Assembly: GCF_964213995.1 (NCBI RefSeq)
Contig: NC_135801.1
Span: forward strand, 106,764,001 to 106,828,000
Source: Mustelus asterias
Taxonomy: Eukaryota
Reading direction: 5' to 3'
DNA length: 64,000 bases
The position numbers and the translations under genes were made by a program. Below are positions 13,571-25,823 of the stretch, piece by piece (the stretch's first letter is position 1; each line of letters opens with the position of its first letter). A model generated the notes under the pieces. That model did not search any database, was not told where the DNA came from, and saw only the letters and a list, made by a program, of their open reading frames with translations.

Positions 13571-14239
13571 GTGAGGACTAGGCTCACGCTCTACATGATC
13601 AACACCCACTTTATTCTTTTCCTTTTTAAGTACTTGCAGAAACTCTTAAGCCTGGATTTTTTTCTATGATGGAGAATCTCTCCATTTGTGCAAAAACGGC
13701 AGAGGAGTCAGAAATCTACAAGTCCCACCCCTGAACACAGCATTTACTATTTTCATTAGTGCGTGAATAAGGGCGGGTCTGGATTTGCACATGCGCATCT
13801 TGTGGAGACAGCTGCCCATATAAAACAGCAGTTGCCTCCAGCCATGTCTAATTTTTGTTAGCCAGGAGTGGGGAACACTATTGGTGCAGATTGGAGCTTG
13901 TAGGAACAGGCCTAAACTTTGTGGAGTCCTTTGCAGAGGTGGGGTACCCTTTTGGAGAAGTGGGGTGGTACATTCTACTACACCTTTGGGGGAGGTCAAG
14001 TGTCATTGGGAGAGATGAGGTGCGCTTTGGGATTGTTGAAGGTGGACATGATGATGCATGAAAACTAATTGGAACTGTCAAGAGAGTTGTCAAATGCAAC
14101 GATCAATCTGTCAATATAAAAGCAAAATACTGCGGATGCTGAAATCTGAAACAAAACCAGAAATAGCTGGAAAATCCCAACAAGTCTAACAGCCTCTGTG
14201 GAGAGAGAATAGAGCCAAAGTTTCGAGTCAGGATGAAGG

Positions 14240-16340
14240 GTTCCAGTGGATTGGAGAAATATCCAATGTACCAGCTTTATTCAAGAAAGGAGGGAGACAG
14301 AAAGCTGGAAACTACAAACTAGTTAACCTAACATCTGTCGATGAGAAATTGCTAGAATCCATCATTAAAGTTTATTGATTTATTAGGCTTATATTAACAC
14401 TGCAATGAAGTTACTGTGAAAATCCCCTGGTTGCCACACTCCGGTGCCTGTTTGGGTACACTGAGGGAGAATTTGGCATGGCCAATGCACCTAACCAGCA
14501 CATCTTTGGAGTGTGGGAAGAAACCGGAGCACCCGGAGGAAACCCACAGGGAGAATGTGCAAACTCCACACGGACAGTGACCCAAGCCAGGAATCGAACC
14601 CGAGTCCCTGGCACTGTGAGGTAACAGTACTAACCACTGTGCCATCGTGCCACCCAATGGAGGTTATATCAGGGTACTTAGAAAAGCATAATGGGATCTG
14701 GCAGAGTTAACATGGGTTTGTGAAACGGATATCATGTTTAACTAATTTATTCAAGTTTTTTGAGCAAGTAACAAGCAAGGTGGTTAAAGTGGAACCTATA
14801 AATGTGTTGTGCCGTGATTTCCAGAAGGCATTTTATAAAGTGCCACATCAAAGGTCACAACACAAGGTAAGATTACATGGTGTGGGATGGTGGGGTGGGG
14901 GGGGTAACATAATGGAATGAATAAAGGATTCGTTAGCTAACAGAATGCACGGAGTATGAATAAATGGGTCTTTTTTGGGTTGGCAAGCTCTAGCCAGTAA
15001 ATGCTACAGGGTTCTGTCCTGGAGCCTCAACTTATTCACAATCTACACCAATGATTTGGATGAAGGGACCGAATGTATGATAGCTAAATTTACCAATGAG
15101 AACAAGACAGGGAGGAAAGTAAGTTGTCACCAGGAGGAGCATCTGCAAAGGGATATAGATAGGTTAGGTGAGTGGGCAAAAATTTGGCAGGTGGAGTATA
15201 GTGTGGGAAAATGTGAATTTGTCCACTTTGGGAGGAAGAGCAGAAAATCAATATACAGTTTAAATGGAGGGAGATTGCAGAGTTCAGTGGTACAGAGGGA
15301 TCTGGTACTTGAATCAGAAAAATTAGTATGCAAGAACAGCAAGTGATTAGAAGGCAAACAGAATGTTGGCATTTATTGCAAGGGAAATGGAATATATAAG
15401 TACAGAAATTTTACTGCAGCTGTACAGGGCATTGGTGAGACCATATCTGGAATACTGTATACAGTTTTAGTCTCCTTATTTGAAAAATGATATAGGCCTG
15501 ATTTTGCAGGTGAATTGGGCGCAAAGTCTCACCAGCAAAAGCTCTCAATGCAATTGGCCCCACCCCCCCACCATTGACGTCCTTGCTGGTTCGTCTTCTG
15601 CCAGCCTTAAAGTACAGCACGTCTGCCTCTCATCCACCCCAACCATGATTCTGGTGAGTGTTGCTTCAGAAAACCTCAAGGCAGCCATCCTCTTGATTGG
15701 ACATGGAACAAGTGCTGGGGAGGTGTTTAAATGGAGCGTCAGCCTGATTGAAGTGCTCAAGTGATACCAGGGCAGATAAACCAGAGGCAGCCTGCCACAG
15801 ATGTGGCATGAAAGTGGTGCCTAAAAACGCAATTCAAAAATTGCTGACACTGCTATTCTCACCCAAAAAAACACTTACCAAAATAATGGAAACTTCTGTC
15901 CAAAATTGTGTTATAAGCAGTTCAGCAAAGGTTCCCTTGACTCATTCCTGGGATGAAGGCATTATCTTACGAAGAAAGGTCGAACAGATCCTGAGGGGAT
16001 TTGAAAGAGTGAATACAAGGAAGGATGTTTCCACTTGTGGGAGAAATTAGAACCAGAGGACATAGTTTAAGAACAAGAGGTCTACTGTTAAGACAGAGAT
16101 GAGACATTTTTTCTCTTGATTGTTGGTATGTGAAACTCTCTCCGGAAAGCAGAGGAGGCTGGGTCCTTTAATTTACTTAAGGCAGAGTTGGACAGGTTTT
16201 TGATAGACAAGGGATTCAGAGATTATGGGGAGGCAAATGACAAGTGGAGATGAGACTACAATCAGATTAGCCATGATCATAATGAATGGGGGTGCAGGTT
16301 CAAAGGACTGAATGGCCTACTCCTGCTCCCAAGTCCTATG
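14240..16340 (+). mobile_element. Decayed CR1 ORF2 with nested SINE and MITE-like insert (~15494-15900)
   Basis: KRISCLTNLFKFFEQVT...DFQKAFYKVPH; LFTIYTNDLDEGTECMIAKF; CR1 tail near 16330. Confidence 0.85.
14369..14655 (-). mobile_element. HE1-type tRNA-derived SINE, alternative 3' tail
   Basis: Head GGGTGGCACGATGGCACAGTGGTTAG (A box) and GGTTCGATTCC (B box), core domain, tail GGGATTTTCACAGTAACTTCATTGCAGTGTTAAT. Confidence 0.85.
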
Positions 16341-16967
16341 TCAGCAATGGAGTAATTGTAATGGAGGTATCAAAGGGTGGTAAGGAGAAAGGTGATATTA
16401 CAGAGGTGGTCATAGGCAGTATTTGAAAGACTAAAGATTGGCAGGTCACCTTGGGGTTAAGTAGGACACTGAAGTTGAGTAATTTAGGTCAGTGCAGTTG
16501 ATAGTTAAAGATAATTAAAGAGAGGAGTGGAAGCTTTCACTAGGGAACGGGTTTTGTTACCGGAACAAAGACTATGCCTTTATTTCTTACCAATATTTAT
16601 TTGGAGAAAATTTCTGTTCATGCAGTATGAGATGTTGAACAAGCAGCATGACAAACTAGAGATGTTGGAGCTGAGGTGGGCCTGGGTATTTTTCTGACAA
16701 TTTGACCAGTTACAGTTAAGATATTTTTCATAGTTCATTTGATCTTTTTAAACTTATGTAATCATATCCTGAAAAAGCAACCAACTTAATTAGGTGGTAA
16801 CACCTAATGTGTGGGTCGCATTCGAAACCCCTTGCTTTGCTGATGGGTAGACAATAAGTGCGAATGTTTGAATGCAGTATGCTTTTTACGCCTGTAGAGG
16901 GTGCAGTAATAGAGGTTTCCAGTATAATTATGTCTTGCTTTGGAATTAAATTTATATAACAATCTAA

Positions 16968-17232
16968 TTCTTCATATCCTTCCTCCCAACCCTTCCTTTC
17001 TCTTCATTCCCTTGCACTCCTTTCCAATCAACAGCCCCCTTCTGCCCTCCATTCCTTTCCTGTCCCCTTCAACCTTCTCCTCCCCATAACCTTCATTTCT
17101 TTATCCCTATTTGATTCTCTATTCCCCACCCTCCCTCTTTCTCCCTCTTTCCCTTCTCCCTCCCCTTTCCTCTTCCTCCTCTTCTTTCCCATCTCATCCT
17201 TCATTTTTCACTTCTTTTTCTTCCTTTCCCCT
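16968..17232 (+). repeat. Polypyrimidine low-complexity tract
   Basis: About 260 bp dominated by C and T on the + strand. Confidence 0.85.
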
Positions 17233-20200
17233 GCCATGTTTTGTATGATACTCTTCCCTTCCACACTTTCACCCTGTTTGACCTGAAAACTGCATTTGGT
17301 CTTGACTCACTATGTAGAACCTCATAGAAGAGTGATTAACAATATATATTGAGCCAAATGTTACCATTAGTTTGACTTGCCCTTGCATATTTATGTTTTT
17401 AATTTTTTTTGTAATGAGCTGCTGCAAGTATACACTGGTGACGGCACAGAGAGAGAAACTGGGCATCTGGAACCTCAATGAATTATAGAGCTAGTTGTTT
17501 ATTTCCTTAGCCAACAAGATTAAAGCTTTGGGAAATAAACAGAAGGACTGAGAAGGGGAGGATGAATTAAAATAGTGAAATTAATGTCAAATCAGGCACA
17601 GAAAGAGAAGTAATGATAGAAAGAAAGATTGGTTTAAGAGAGCAAAAAGAAACAAAGTAAAAATAAAAAAGCAAAATTTTACTTTTTAAATCTCCAGCAA
17701 GTAAGACTTGACGGACTGAGATGCCACACATCAAATTGCTAATTTTCAGTGACAGAGGTCGAATAGCCATAATTAAAACATTACATGTTGTTAAAAGGTA
17801 CTTTGACTTGAAACGATTTAGCTTCAATTAATTTAGTTTGTGTCAATGTGCTCGATTCATTGTATTTCAAAGCTGGGACAGTCAGTGGGATGCTGTTTTC
17901 ACAAAGCTTGAACAGCTACTTTTGGATATTAAAATATAACTCCCTGTCTGTCCTTTGCTTAAAATGTTGAACTGGCGGTGCAAACATAACAATGAACAGC
18001 ATTATTTGCACTGTTACTTTGCCATCAAAATCTGGTTTAATATGGTTCTGACTTGTCGCACTTCATAGTGTCAAAATATTTAAAAATAGAAGAGAAAGGT
18101 AGAAATTTGCTTGCACTCTTCAGTTTGCAAAAATCTCTCACCAGCAGCTATATTTGACCTCAGGATGTTTAGAGCAATGAGACTTTAATCACCTTAAATG
18201 AGAAGCCAGATAAACATGGATTCAATTGATCAACAAAGCAGCAGAATAATTGTGCCATTGTGCATTAAATGGTAGAACATAGTAAAAGTGTTTTGTCTAA
18301 TGCTGGATGAGTAATGCCACAGGAAATCAGGAATATCACTAGAAATTTCTCAATCATAGGTCCTTTATGTGAGAATTGGATACTGATTCTAATCACAGTA
18401 TGTGTAGGTCTGTCTTCCCAGGGTAAGTGCCTAACTTGTGATGGAGTTGCTGAATGAGACCCTGTGTCACAAGGATTTTAATACACACTGTTCACTGAGG
18501 TTTTCATTTGCCATCTCGTGTTTCCTTTTAGTAGAACTTCAATGTCTTTGGCAATGACACAATATAATTTGAAGAAATTCCTGATAATTTCTGTATTGAA
18601 ATTAGAAAACCACAAGAAATTCTTCAGGTTTAACATTGGCAGAACCCAGCAAATGGTCAAAGTTGTGCCATGTAGCTTATTTTGAGCTACAGTGTTTGTT
18701 GTTTGACACTAATTCTGATGTAGCAGACTGTCCACTATATATTGATTCTAAATAGCTAGTCAGCAGGGCATGCTCCAAAATACCAATGGGTTCTAGTAAT
18801 GATGGAATATCTGATGCTTGTTATCAAAAACCCAAGTCGTGTAAGCGGTTCTACATTCCAAGTGAAAGTCCTGCCTTGCAATCGCCGGCTTTTAGCATTA
18901 TCTGGGGCAGAAACCTTAAGGCAGTTGTGCTTTCAAATCAGTGGGGAAAGGCACTGTGGTGCCTTTGCAGCTTGCTCACAAGAACAAATAAATTTTATTG
19001 AAGCCTGAGGTTTCATGTAGACCTATTCAAATGAACACAAAGCACCATAATGTGCTTTTATCCTTCAGTGCCCATTTGAAATGGAAGCAGGGAAACTTCC
19101 CCAGTTACAGGCTTCAAATTGTAAAACCTTAGGGGATCATTTTAACCTAAGCTTCTCAGTGGGATACTATCATCAGATTAACTGCCAGTCAATGGGCAAT
19201 CTCTACAGTTTACTTGGCTTTGCTGGGATGCAAGAGAGGCAGTGGATCTAATTATATCATATTCCAGCAGCATATTCTAGCTAGGCTAAAGTTATTTCCT
19301 TTCTTTTTTTGAATGTTTATATTTTTGGTGCACTGTTCCTATTATATAAAATTTTCCCATATTTTTGATATTTCAATGTTTAAAGTTTATTTCAGACAAA
19401 TGTGACAGTACAACTTTTTTTAATGCTACATTCTAAAAAATAAGTTTGGAAATGTTTTAAAGTCACTGAAATTATGCTTGTGAAATATTATACTCGGGTC
19501 TAGCAGAGTAAGTACACAGAGAAACAGAGCTAAAAGGCTGCATTTCCAATGTGCGGTGGGGATGGTAATAGAGGCAAATTGGCCAGCAATTTGACTTCAC
19601 AACACGCTACCAATTTGCAGTGATTTGGGAACTGAGGTGGGACCTAGCAACTTACACAATTATTATGGATGACGAATTGTTCATGTAAATGAGCTCATTA
19701 TAGGCCAGTTGCAATTTTTGATAGGAGGCACAGGAACCACACCCATATGGAGGAAGTGCAATGTAGTTGTGGCTGAGGGAGATAATCATAAGTCAGCATA
19801 AAAGGAGAAGGGTCTGAGAGGTCCTCGTGCATTGACACTGTGTTGCCATCACATCAGCAGAGCTCCCTGTGCATCGTTTGGCCTGCAAACACCAGGACAT
19901 GTGTGGGATGTTGGTGGGGAGTTGTGAGCCTGCGGGATCAGGGGAGTGAAAGGGCAGGGTCCAGGAGGTCTTCTCAGTTCAGCTGATAGCAAACAAGGTC
20001 AGTTCTGGCATGGAATAAGCCACTCCAAAAATAAGGACAAGTAGTAATGAGGAGCACCATCTGCAGCAACAGAGAACCACAGGGGGTAGGACGGCAATGA
20101 AGGTGATACCCTCAGCATAGAGTGTACGATCAAAGTATAAGATACTTAGATATCAGTGCAACCCAGACAAATGGTTTCTGACATCTATTCTTTTTTGGGA

Positions 20201-20379
20201 CCATCCCGGGCCTCTCGGATCCCATGGGCATACCCTGCCAGTAGCTGTAAAAATCAAAATGGCTTTGACCTTTTTCACCCCAGATTGTACAAAGAACTTG
20301 GTGGCATTTCTCAGGTAGGTAATTGTAAGCAAGTCATAGATATGCTGTTCAAAAGGACAGGGAAATATACTCCAAACAA

Positions 20380-20690
20380 CTAAGCAGATTTGCCTCCATT
20401 GCTGGATTCTTTCAGGTGAAAGGTATCATTGATTGCACCCATGTGGCCATCAAGGCACCAAGTGAGCAGACAGAGAGATATATCACTCCATTAACAAAAT
20501 ATAAATGTTCTGCTGGTCTGTGACCACAACAAGTGATTTATGTAGATGATAATATTGGCAGCTACCATGGTGCTTTCATCCACCGACTGTCACAATTGCA
20601 ACAGTTTTTCATGGTATCAACAAGCATCTGTGGAGGCTGCTAGGGGATAAGGGATAACCTTTGCAGTGACTTCTGACATCTTTGCATAAG
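20380..20690 (+). pseudogene. PIF/Harbinger DDE transposase remnant (element probably spans ~19600-21700)
   Basis: Read by eye: FASIAGFFQVKGIIDCTHVAIKAP, NVLLVCDH, GSYHGAFI, LLGDKG*PL. These are HARBI1/Harbinger motifs with stops and frameshifts. Confidence 0.8.
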
Positions 20691-22683
20691 CCTGCAATGG
20701 AGGCACAGGCATTCCAGAGAGGTGTGGATCCTGAAGCAGGAGAAGTGCTGAAATGACAGTTACTCAGAGGACAAGGAAGAAGATGCAGTGAAAAATGAAG
20801 ATTGTGCTTTGCGGGGAGTCCCCTGGGCCACCTAAAGAATGAAGGCATTGTCAGGATGGCAGGGACATGAGGGCTACTCTGATGCAGGCACATTTTATCT
20901 AAGCTCTATTCATCTAATTGGCTGTGTGACCCCTCCTCTGAGTGAGAGAATGCATCCATAATACACACAACTTTAAATACTTCCATTGTTACCCATTAGT
21001 CTCCACCAGCTATACTGCCCCGGATATAGACCTTTGCATTGCTTCTTGACTTCTCTCTTGTACCTCATTTCCATTAAAGAATGGAAACATCACATCAAGC
21101 AACATGTTAATTGTACTGACTCATGTAACACAGCCACAAAACATATCACCCAGTGAACCACAAGTGCAATGGATAATTCAGCGCCCCACACTTGTGTCTC
21201 CTTCTGCAGAGCATTGTCCCTGTGGCGACTGATGAGGTGGAGGCAGCCCACTTACTTTTGTCTGCATGCTGCTGAGATGCACATGGCGATCATCCTTGCA
21301 TGGAGGTGCAACTCTACTGACATCAGTGCAGCAGCAGGCTTTTCCCACAGGGTCTTGCTGTATAGATGGTTCCTCATTCAGAGGGGACAAGGAGGCGGAT
21401 GAAGATGATGCTGCCCTCTGAGAGGTTGCCCCTTGTTATTATCTGTGACTGCCTCAGCTCCGTCATGGCACACTTGATTCAAACTGTGTTTTGGCAGATT
21501 TAAATGCTGAGCTGTCACTGAAATTATCTTATACACTTCCTCACCCTTTCAGGCAAAGTCAACTTCAGCTTGTTTGCCAAATCCAAAAGCTTTGTTTTAA
21601 CCATCTTTTGTAAAGCACTCAGAGTGACCTCTTCCACACCCAGGAAATCTTTAGCTACTGAATGAGCCAATGTTCCACAAGGCACTCCCTATTTAAACTA
21701 ACAGAATGCAACACCTGAAAAAAAGTTCCTCAACACCCACTGTCTTTGAGTTCAATAATCCTAAACCAAACAAGGAATTACAGTTTTGAATCCCAGCAAG
21801 AGTCCCCAATTTTTGTTGGGGTGCCAGATCTGAACCCCAAAGTATATTATGAAACCAGACTAGACCCCAACAATTTTCTATTTTGCCATAAATATGAGGA
21901 TAGGATGTTTCACTCCAGATGTGATTCTCCTGACAAACTAGGGAGCATTTATCAAAACTGACTTCATTTAACCAGACAGTTTAACAATAACAAATGGATT
22001 AGCTTAACCTTTAACAGTTGGACAATACTTAAAATGAAAGGAAACTTTCTAACTAAGTTCTAACTAATCATTATATCAGTTTCAATCAAGCAATATTTTT
22101 CTTAAAAACGTAACACACACTTTAAGCATAGTTAGCAAAACTGGGGCATACTTGCTTTAACTTTTGTTAATAATCTTGGAGTCTTGAGAAAACTTCTGGA
22201 GGGAGGGAGTGAGAGAGAGAGCACCTTTTTTTATTAAACCATGCAGCAACTGCTCTTTATTGTAAAATGAAAATGTAACTTTTTTTCTCTCCAAGCCTAG
22301 CCCCTCCCATTTCTAGTATCACATGACTCTGTCCTTGTACATCTAACTCACCTTATTACTTTAATTAAAAAAGCGCCCCATTCAGCCTTCTGCAAAATAA
22401 ACACTTGCGTGGCTAAAATGAGTAATTATCCTGCTTTGTCAGCATCTGCTGCATTTCTATCAGACAAACCGATTGCTTGTAACAAAGCAGTACCTCTTAA
22501 AGCAATTCCCCCTTAAACATAGAACATATTAATGCACAGTGTTATCGCATTACTGAGCCTTGAGGAGTCCATTCGTTCATTTTTCCATGTACTTTTTCCT
22601 GTCCAAAGTGAACTTTAAACCTTAAATTGTTCAACAGTGTTCCAATGCTTTTAGTCACCCGGGGGGGGGGGGGGGGGGGGGGG

Positions 22684-24446
22684 CTCGTAACAGCTTCAGG
22701 AAGAGGCTGTGTTGCAGGTGGCTGAGAGGTCGAGGAATACAGCACCTATCTTCAATTTTTCTGAAAGCTGTTTTCAATGTAGGTGGTAAGGGCCAGTACC
22801 TGTTCCCCTGTGCTGCAGTCCTTGCAGAAACCAGTTTGCTCGATGCGAAGGACCTCTTTGATGGGGATATGCACTGAAGAATGAGGCGTTCAAAGATTTT
22901 ATATAGGATTAACAAGAGAGATTGTACTGTAGCTAACTGCATATATGGGCTCTTTTCTGGGTTTTGGTATGGTAATGACTTTTGCTCTCTGCCATTTCTT
23001 TGGAATGGTATTGGAATTTATGACTATCATGTGAAACCAAGTCTCGGGGCCCATAAATTCTGGCACAATGTTGTCATGTCCTGTTGCCTTGCCACAGTTC
23101 AAGCCCTGTAGGACCTTCTTAAGTTCTGCAACCTCAAAGGGGGTGGGATGATGTCTTCTCGGTGTTGCTGATGGTGTTGCTTTAATTTACCCCAGATATT
23201 TCTTTTGGTGTTTTTGTCTGTGGGTGCCTTAGCTATAGCAAGCTGGAGACATGGTTGAGAGTAACTGAACGGAGGTTTTGAGTGAATGGCTTTTGGGCTG
23301 CTCCAAGGCGATGGATTAGGCTCCAGCACTTCCTGCTGGAGTGTGAAGTTTAGCCCTGTAATGGTTTTCTCCCACTTGGTGCAGTGTGCAGCATTGAGTG
23401 ACTCAATCAGATGATCTCCTACCTCTGGGTCCCCTGATGCCTTGAGGAGGGCAGCACTCTCTTCATCTAAGCATGTCAATAGATTGATAGCCTCGAGGAA
23501 TTGCCATGCAGCCTACACTGTAGATGGCACGACAAAGGTGGTTTTATGCTTCATCGAGAGTGATGTTTTGTAGTGGAATTGTTGAGATACTGCATTCCAA
23601 GGTTTCACTGTATTTTGTCAAGCTGGTTTCCAGAAATTCTATTGCATCTTTTTGGGGCTGTTGACTACTGAAGACATGTAGGTCTACGTGAATGAGTAGA
23701 GGATGGTGTTGGCTGTGTGGGAAGTCATCCAAGACAACACTTTGTGCAGGGTGGGGAGTCCCATTAAAAGAACTGACCCAGCACAGGTTGGGGGAATAAT
23801 GCCTACACCATCTGGCTGAATGGGATGTTCCTCACTGTTTGGGGTTGTGTCAGATAATTGCTGGAAGTCTATTCTGCAAGTGCTGCACCGTTACTGTCCA
23901 GTATTTGGTATCCCTGTCTGAATTACGATTCTTGAAATTTCTCATATTGATGGCTGGGTAGGGGTAGGTGGGCAAGACCTGCTGCTCCCACCTGGTGCTA
24001 GGGGTTTGTAGACATTGGCTATGTGGTGTCAGAGAAAGTGGTCGTGGGAGATGATTTGCTTGAACAATGTCGGTTTGGACATAGGTGGCATGGCCATATT
24101 TGGCATGAGGGCAGTAGCACAGGAGGTAATAGCCTTTGATGGAATATTGGCCTACTTCTTCTGTTCCGATGTGGGTTTTTTGCTTCTTGCAGGTAAATGA
24201 TATCAGTGGAGTGTTGAGCAGCAAAGCCTCGCTTGGCTGCTGAAAGGCCCTGAATGTTGATACAGAGGATTCAGGGAATGGGCCCTACTGCAATGTAATC
24301 TTGGGCGGTTTTTCATTATTCCTTTTGGCTTTGGGACTTTGACTAGGATTTGGAATTTAGTTTTCTGGTAGAATCATTAGCTTCCCTAGGCAAGCCTGGG
24401 TACTGGCGGGGGCTGCAGCATGAACGCTGATCCATTGCTCCCCCCT
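22684..24446 (-). mobile_element. Non-LTR retrotransposon, Vingi/Ingi-like (endonuclease and N-terminal RT), decayed and 3'-truncated
   Basis: PHAKYGHATYVQTD (endonuclease), DDFPHSQHHPLLI, KATGHDNIVPEF...KKWQRAKVITIPKPRK, LYKIFERLILQCISP. The 5' end begins with a G-run (GGGGGAGCAATGG). The LINE call is solid; the clade is inferred. Confidence 0.65.
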
Positions 24447-25187
24447 TGGATATTGATCGTGGAGGATTCAGCAATAGTGATGCTGTTGAATGTTATGGGG
24501 AAATAGTTAAACTTGCTCTGTTATTGAAGGTGGTTTATGCCTGGCACTTGTATGGTGTGAATGTTATTTGCTACTTATCAGCACGAGCCTGAATGTTGTC
24601 CCAATCTTGCTGCACACGGACTGCTTCAGCATCTAAAGAGTCATGAACGGTACTGAACACTCGATGATCATCAGTGAACATCTCCACTTCTGATCTTGTG
24701 ATGGAGGGAAGCTATTGATGAAGCAACTGAAGATGGTTGAACCTAGGAAATTACCCTGAGAAACTCCTACAACGATGTCCTGAAGCTAAGATGATTGGCC
24801 TCCAACAACCACAACGATCTTTCTTTGTGCTAGGTATGACTCTAATCAGCGGAGATTCGAACAAACTTGGGATATAATTGACTATGGCAGGCCAAATTTA
24901 TTGTTCGTTTCAAATCACTGTAAGGCAACTGTGGATCTTCTCCTTAAACCACTCCGCAGTGTTTATCCCAATGATGCTCCTACCATGTTGATAGGTGGAA
25001 ATTCCAGATTGTTGACCCAATGACAGAGAAAGAACAGTGATTATATGTCCAAATAATTTAGATATCCTAAATGCTTATTTGCTGTGCTTTTGGAAAAGCA
25101 TCCAGACCATTGTGTTTGTTTATGAAAATTGCCAGCAACTAATTTTTTCAGTCGGATTCTGACCTATGTAATTTTCTTAATTTAAAG

Positions 25188-25823
25188 CGAGATCCATCAG
25201 GAGCAGTATCTGTAAAGGATGTTTTGGCTCGAGCTGCAGCAAAGGGACTACTAGAAGGAGTTGAGACACCTAGGATTCGAAAAAAGGAAGAAAAGCGAAA
25301 GAAAAGCAAAGTCTTTACACCAAAAATGGGGTCATTCAGTGGAGCCCAGTCAAGGATCACTGAATATTTAAATGAACAGAAAACAGCTACAGTTAATGGA
25401 ACCTCCACAGCCTCCCAGCAATTATCCAGAAGTGAAGCTAGTACAACTGGGTTGAGTATCAAATTACCTCAACGTGTGCCTATTCCTACCTTACCCAATA
25501 AAGTAAAGAGAAATACTAGCAATGTTTCTTCAGTGGGAAAGATTGCTAGTAGGAAAGGAAGTTCAACTGGAACAAAACAAGAGATGAAGTTGGTTTTAAA
25601 GCCCGTAGAGATGTTGCTTCCTCCAGTTACAATACGATACCTCAATTCAACTGGGGCTCAAAACCATGGTTATAGTCAACCCTACCTCTTCCAGTATCAC
25701 GGATTAACTAGTCAACCAGCATTCCCCTATTCACGTAATGCATTTGTGACTTCACTTGGTGTGAAAAAACAGAGAGATACAGGTATGTCTATTCCGCGCA
25801 AGCAACCACGTCCTTGGCTCTAA
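25188..25823 (+). CDS. NSUN7: Last coding exon of NSUN7 (NOP2/Sun RNA methyltransferase family member 7)
   Basis: Acceptor ttttcttaatttaaag|CGA. Translation RDPSGAVSVKDVLARAAAKGLLEGVE...KKEEKRKKSK...LKPVEMLLPPV...PRPWL* resembles the vertebrate NSUN7 C-terminus as recalled. It is convergent with APBB2, as in human. Confidence 0.88.
   Translation, partial: RDPSGAVSVKDVLARAAAKGLLEGVETPRIRKKEEKRKKSKVFTPKMGSFSGAQSRITEYLNEQKTATVNGTSTASQQLSRSEASTTGLSIKLPQRVPIPTLPNKVKRNTSNVSSVGKIASRKGSSTGTKQEMKLVLKPVEMLLPPVTIRYLNSTGAQNHGYSQPYLFQYHGLTSQPAFPYSRNAFVTSLGVKKQRDTGMSIPRKQPRPWL

Noticed and set aside
18407-18428. Possible 15-nt microexon (tgtag|GTCTGTCTTCCCAGG|gtaagt) in the NSUN7 intron
   Set aside because: Good donor but weak pyrimidine tract and no recognisable peptide. 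Such matches are expected by chance.
20380-20690. Domesticated HARBI1 gene exon
   Set aside because: In-frame stops and frameshifts (e.g. GDKG*PL) indicate a dead transposon.
25148-25462. Antisense 104-aa ORF
   Set aside because: It is a shadow of the NSUN7 exon, with no independent support.
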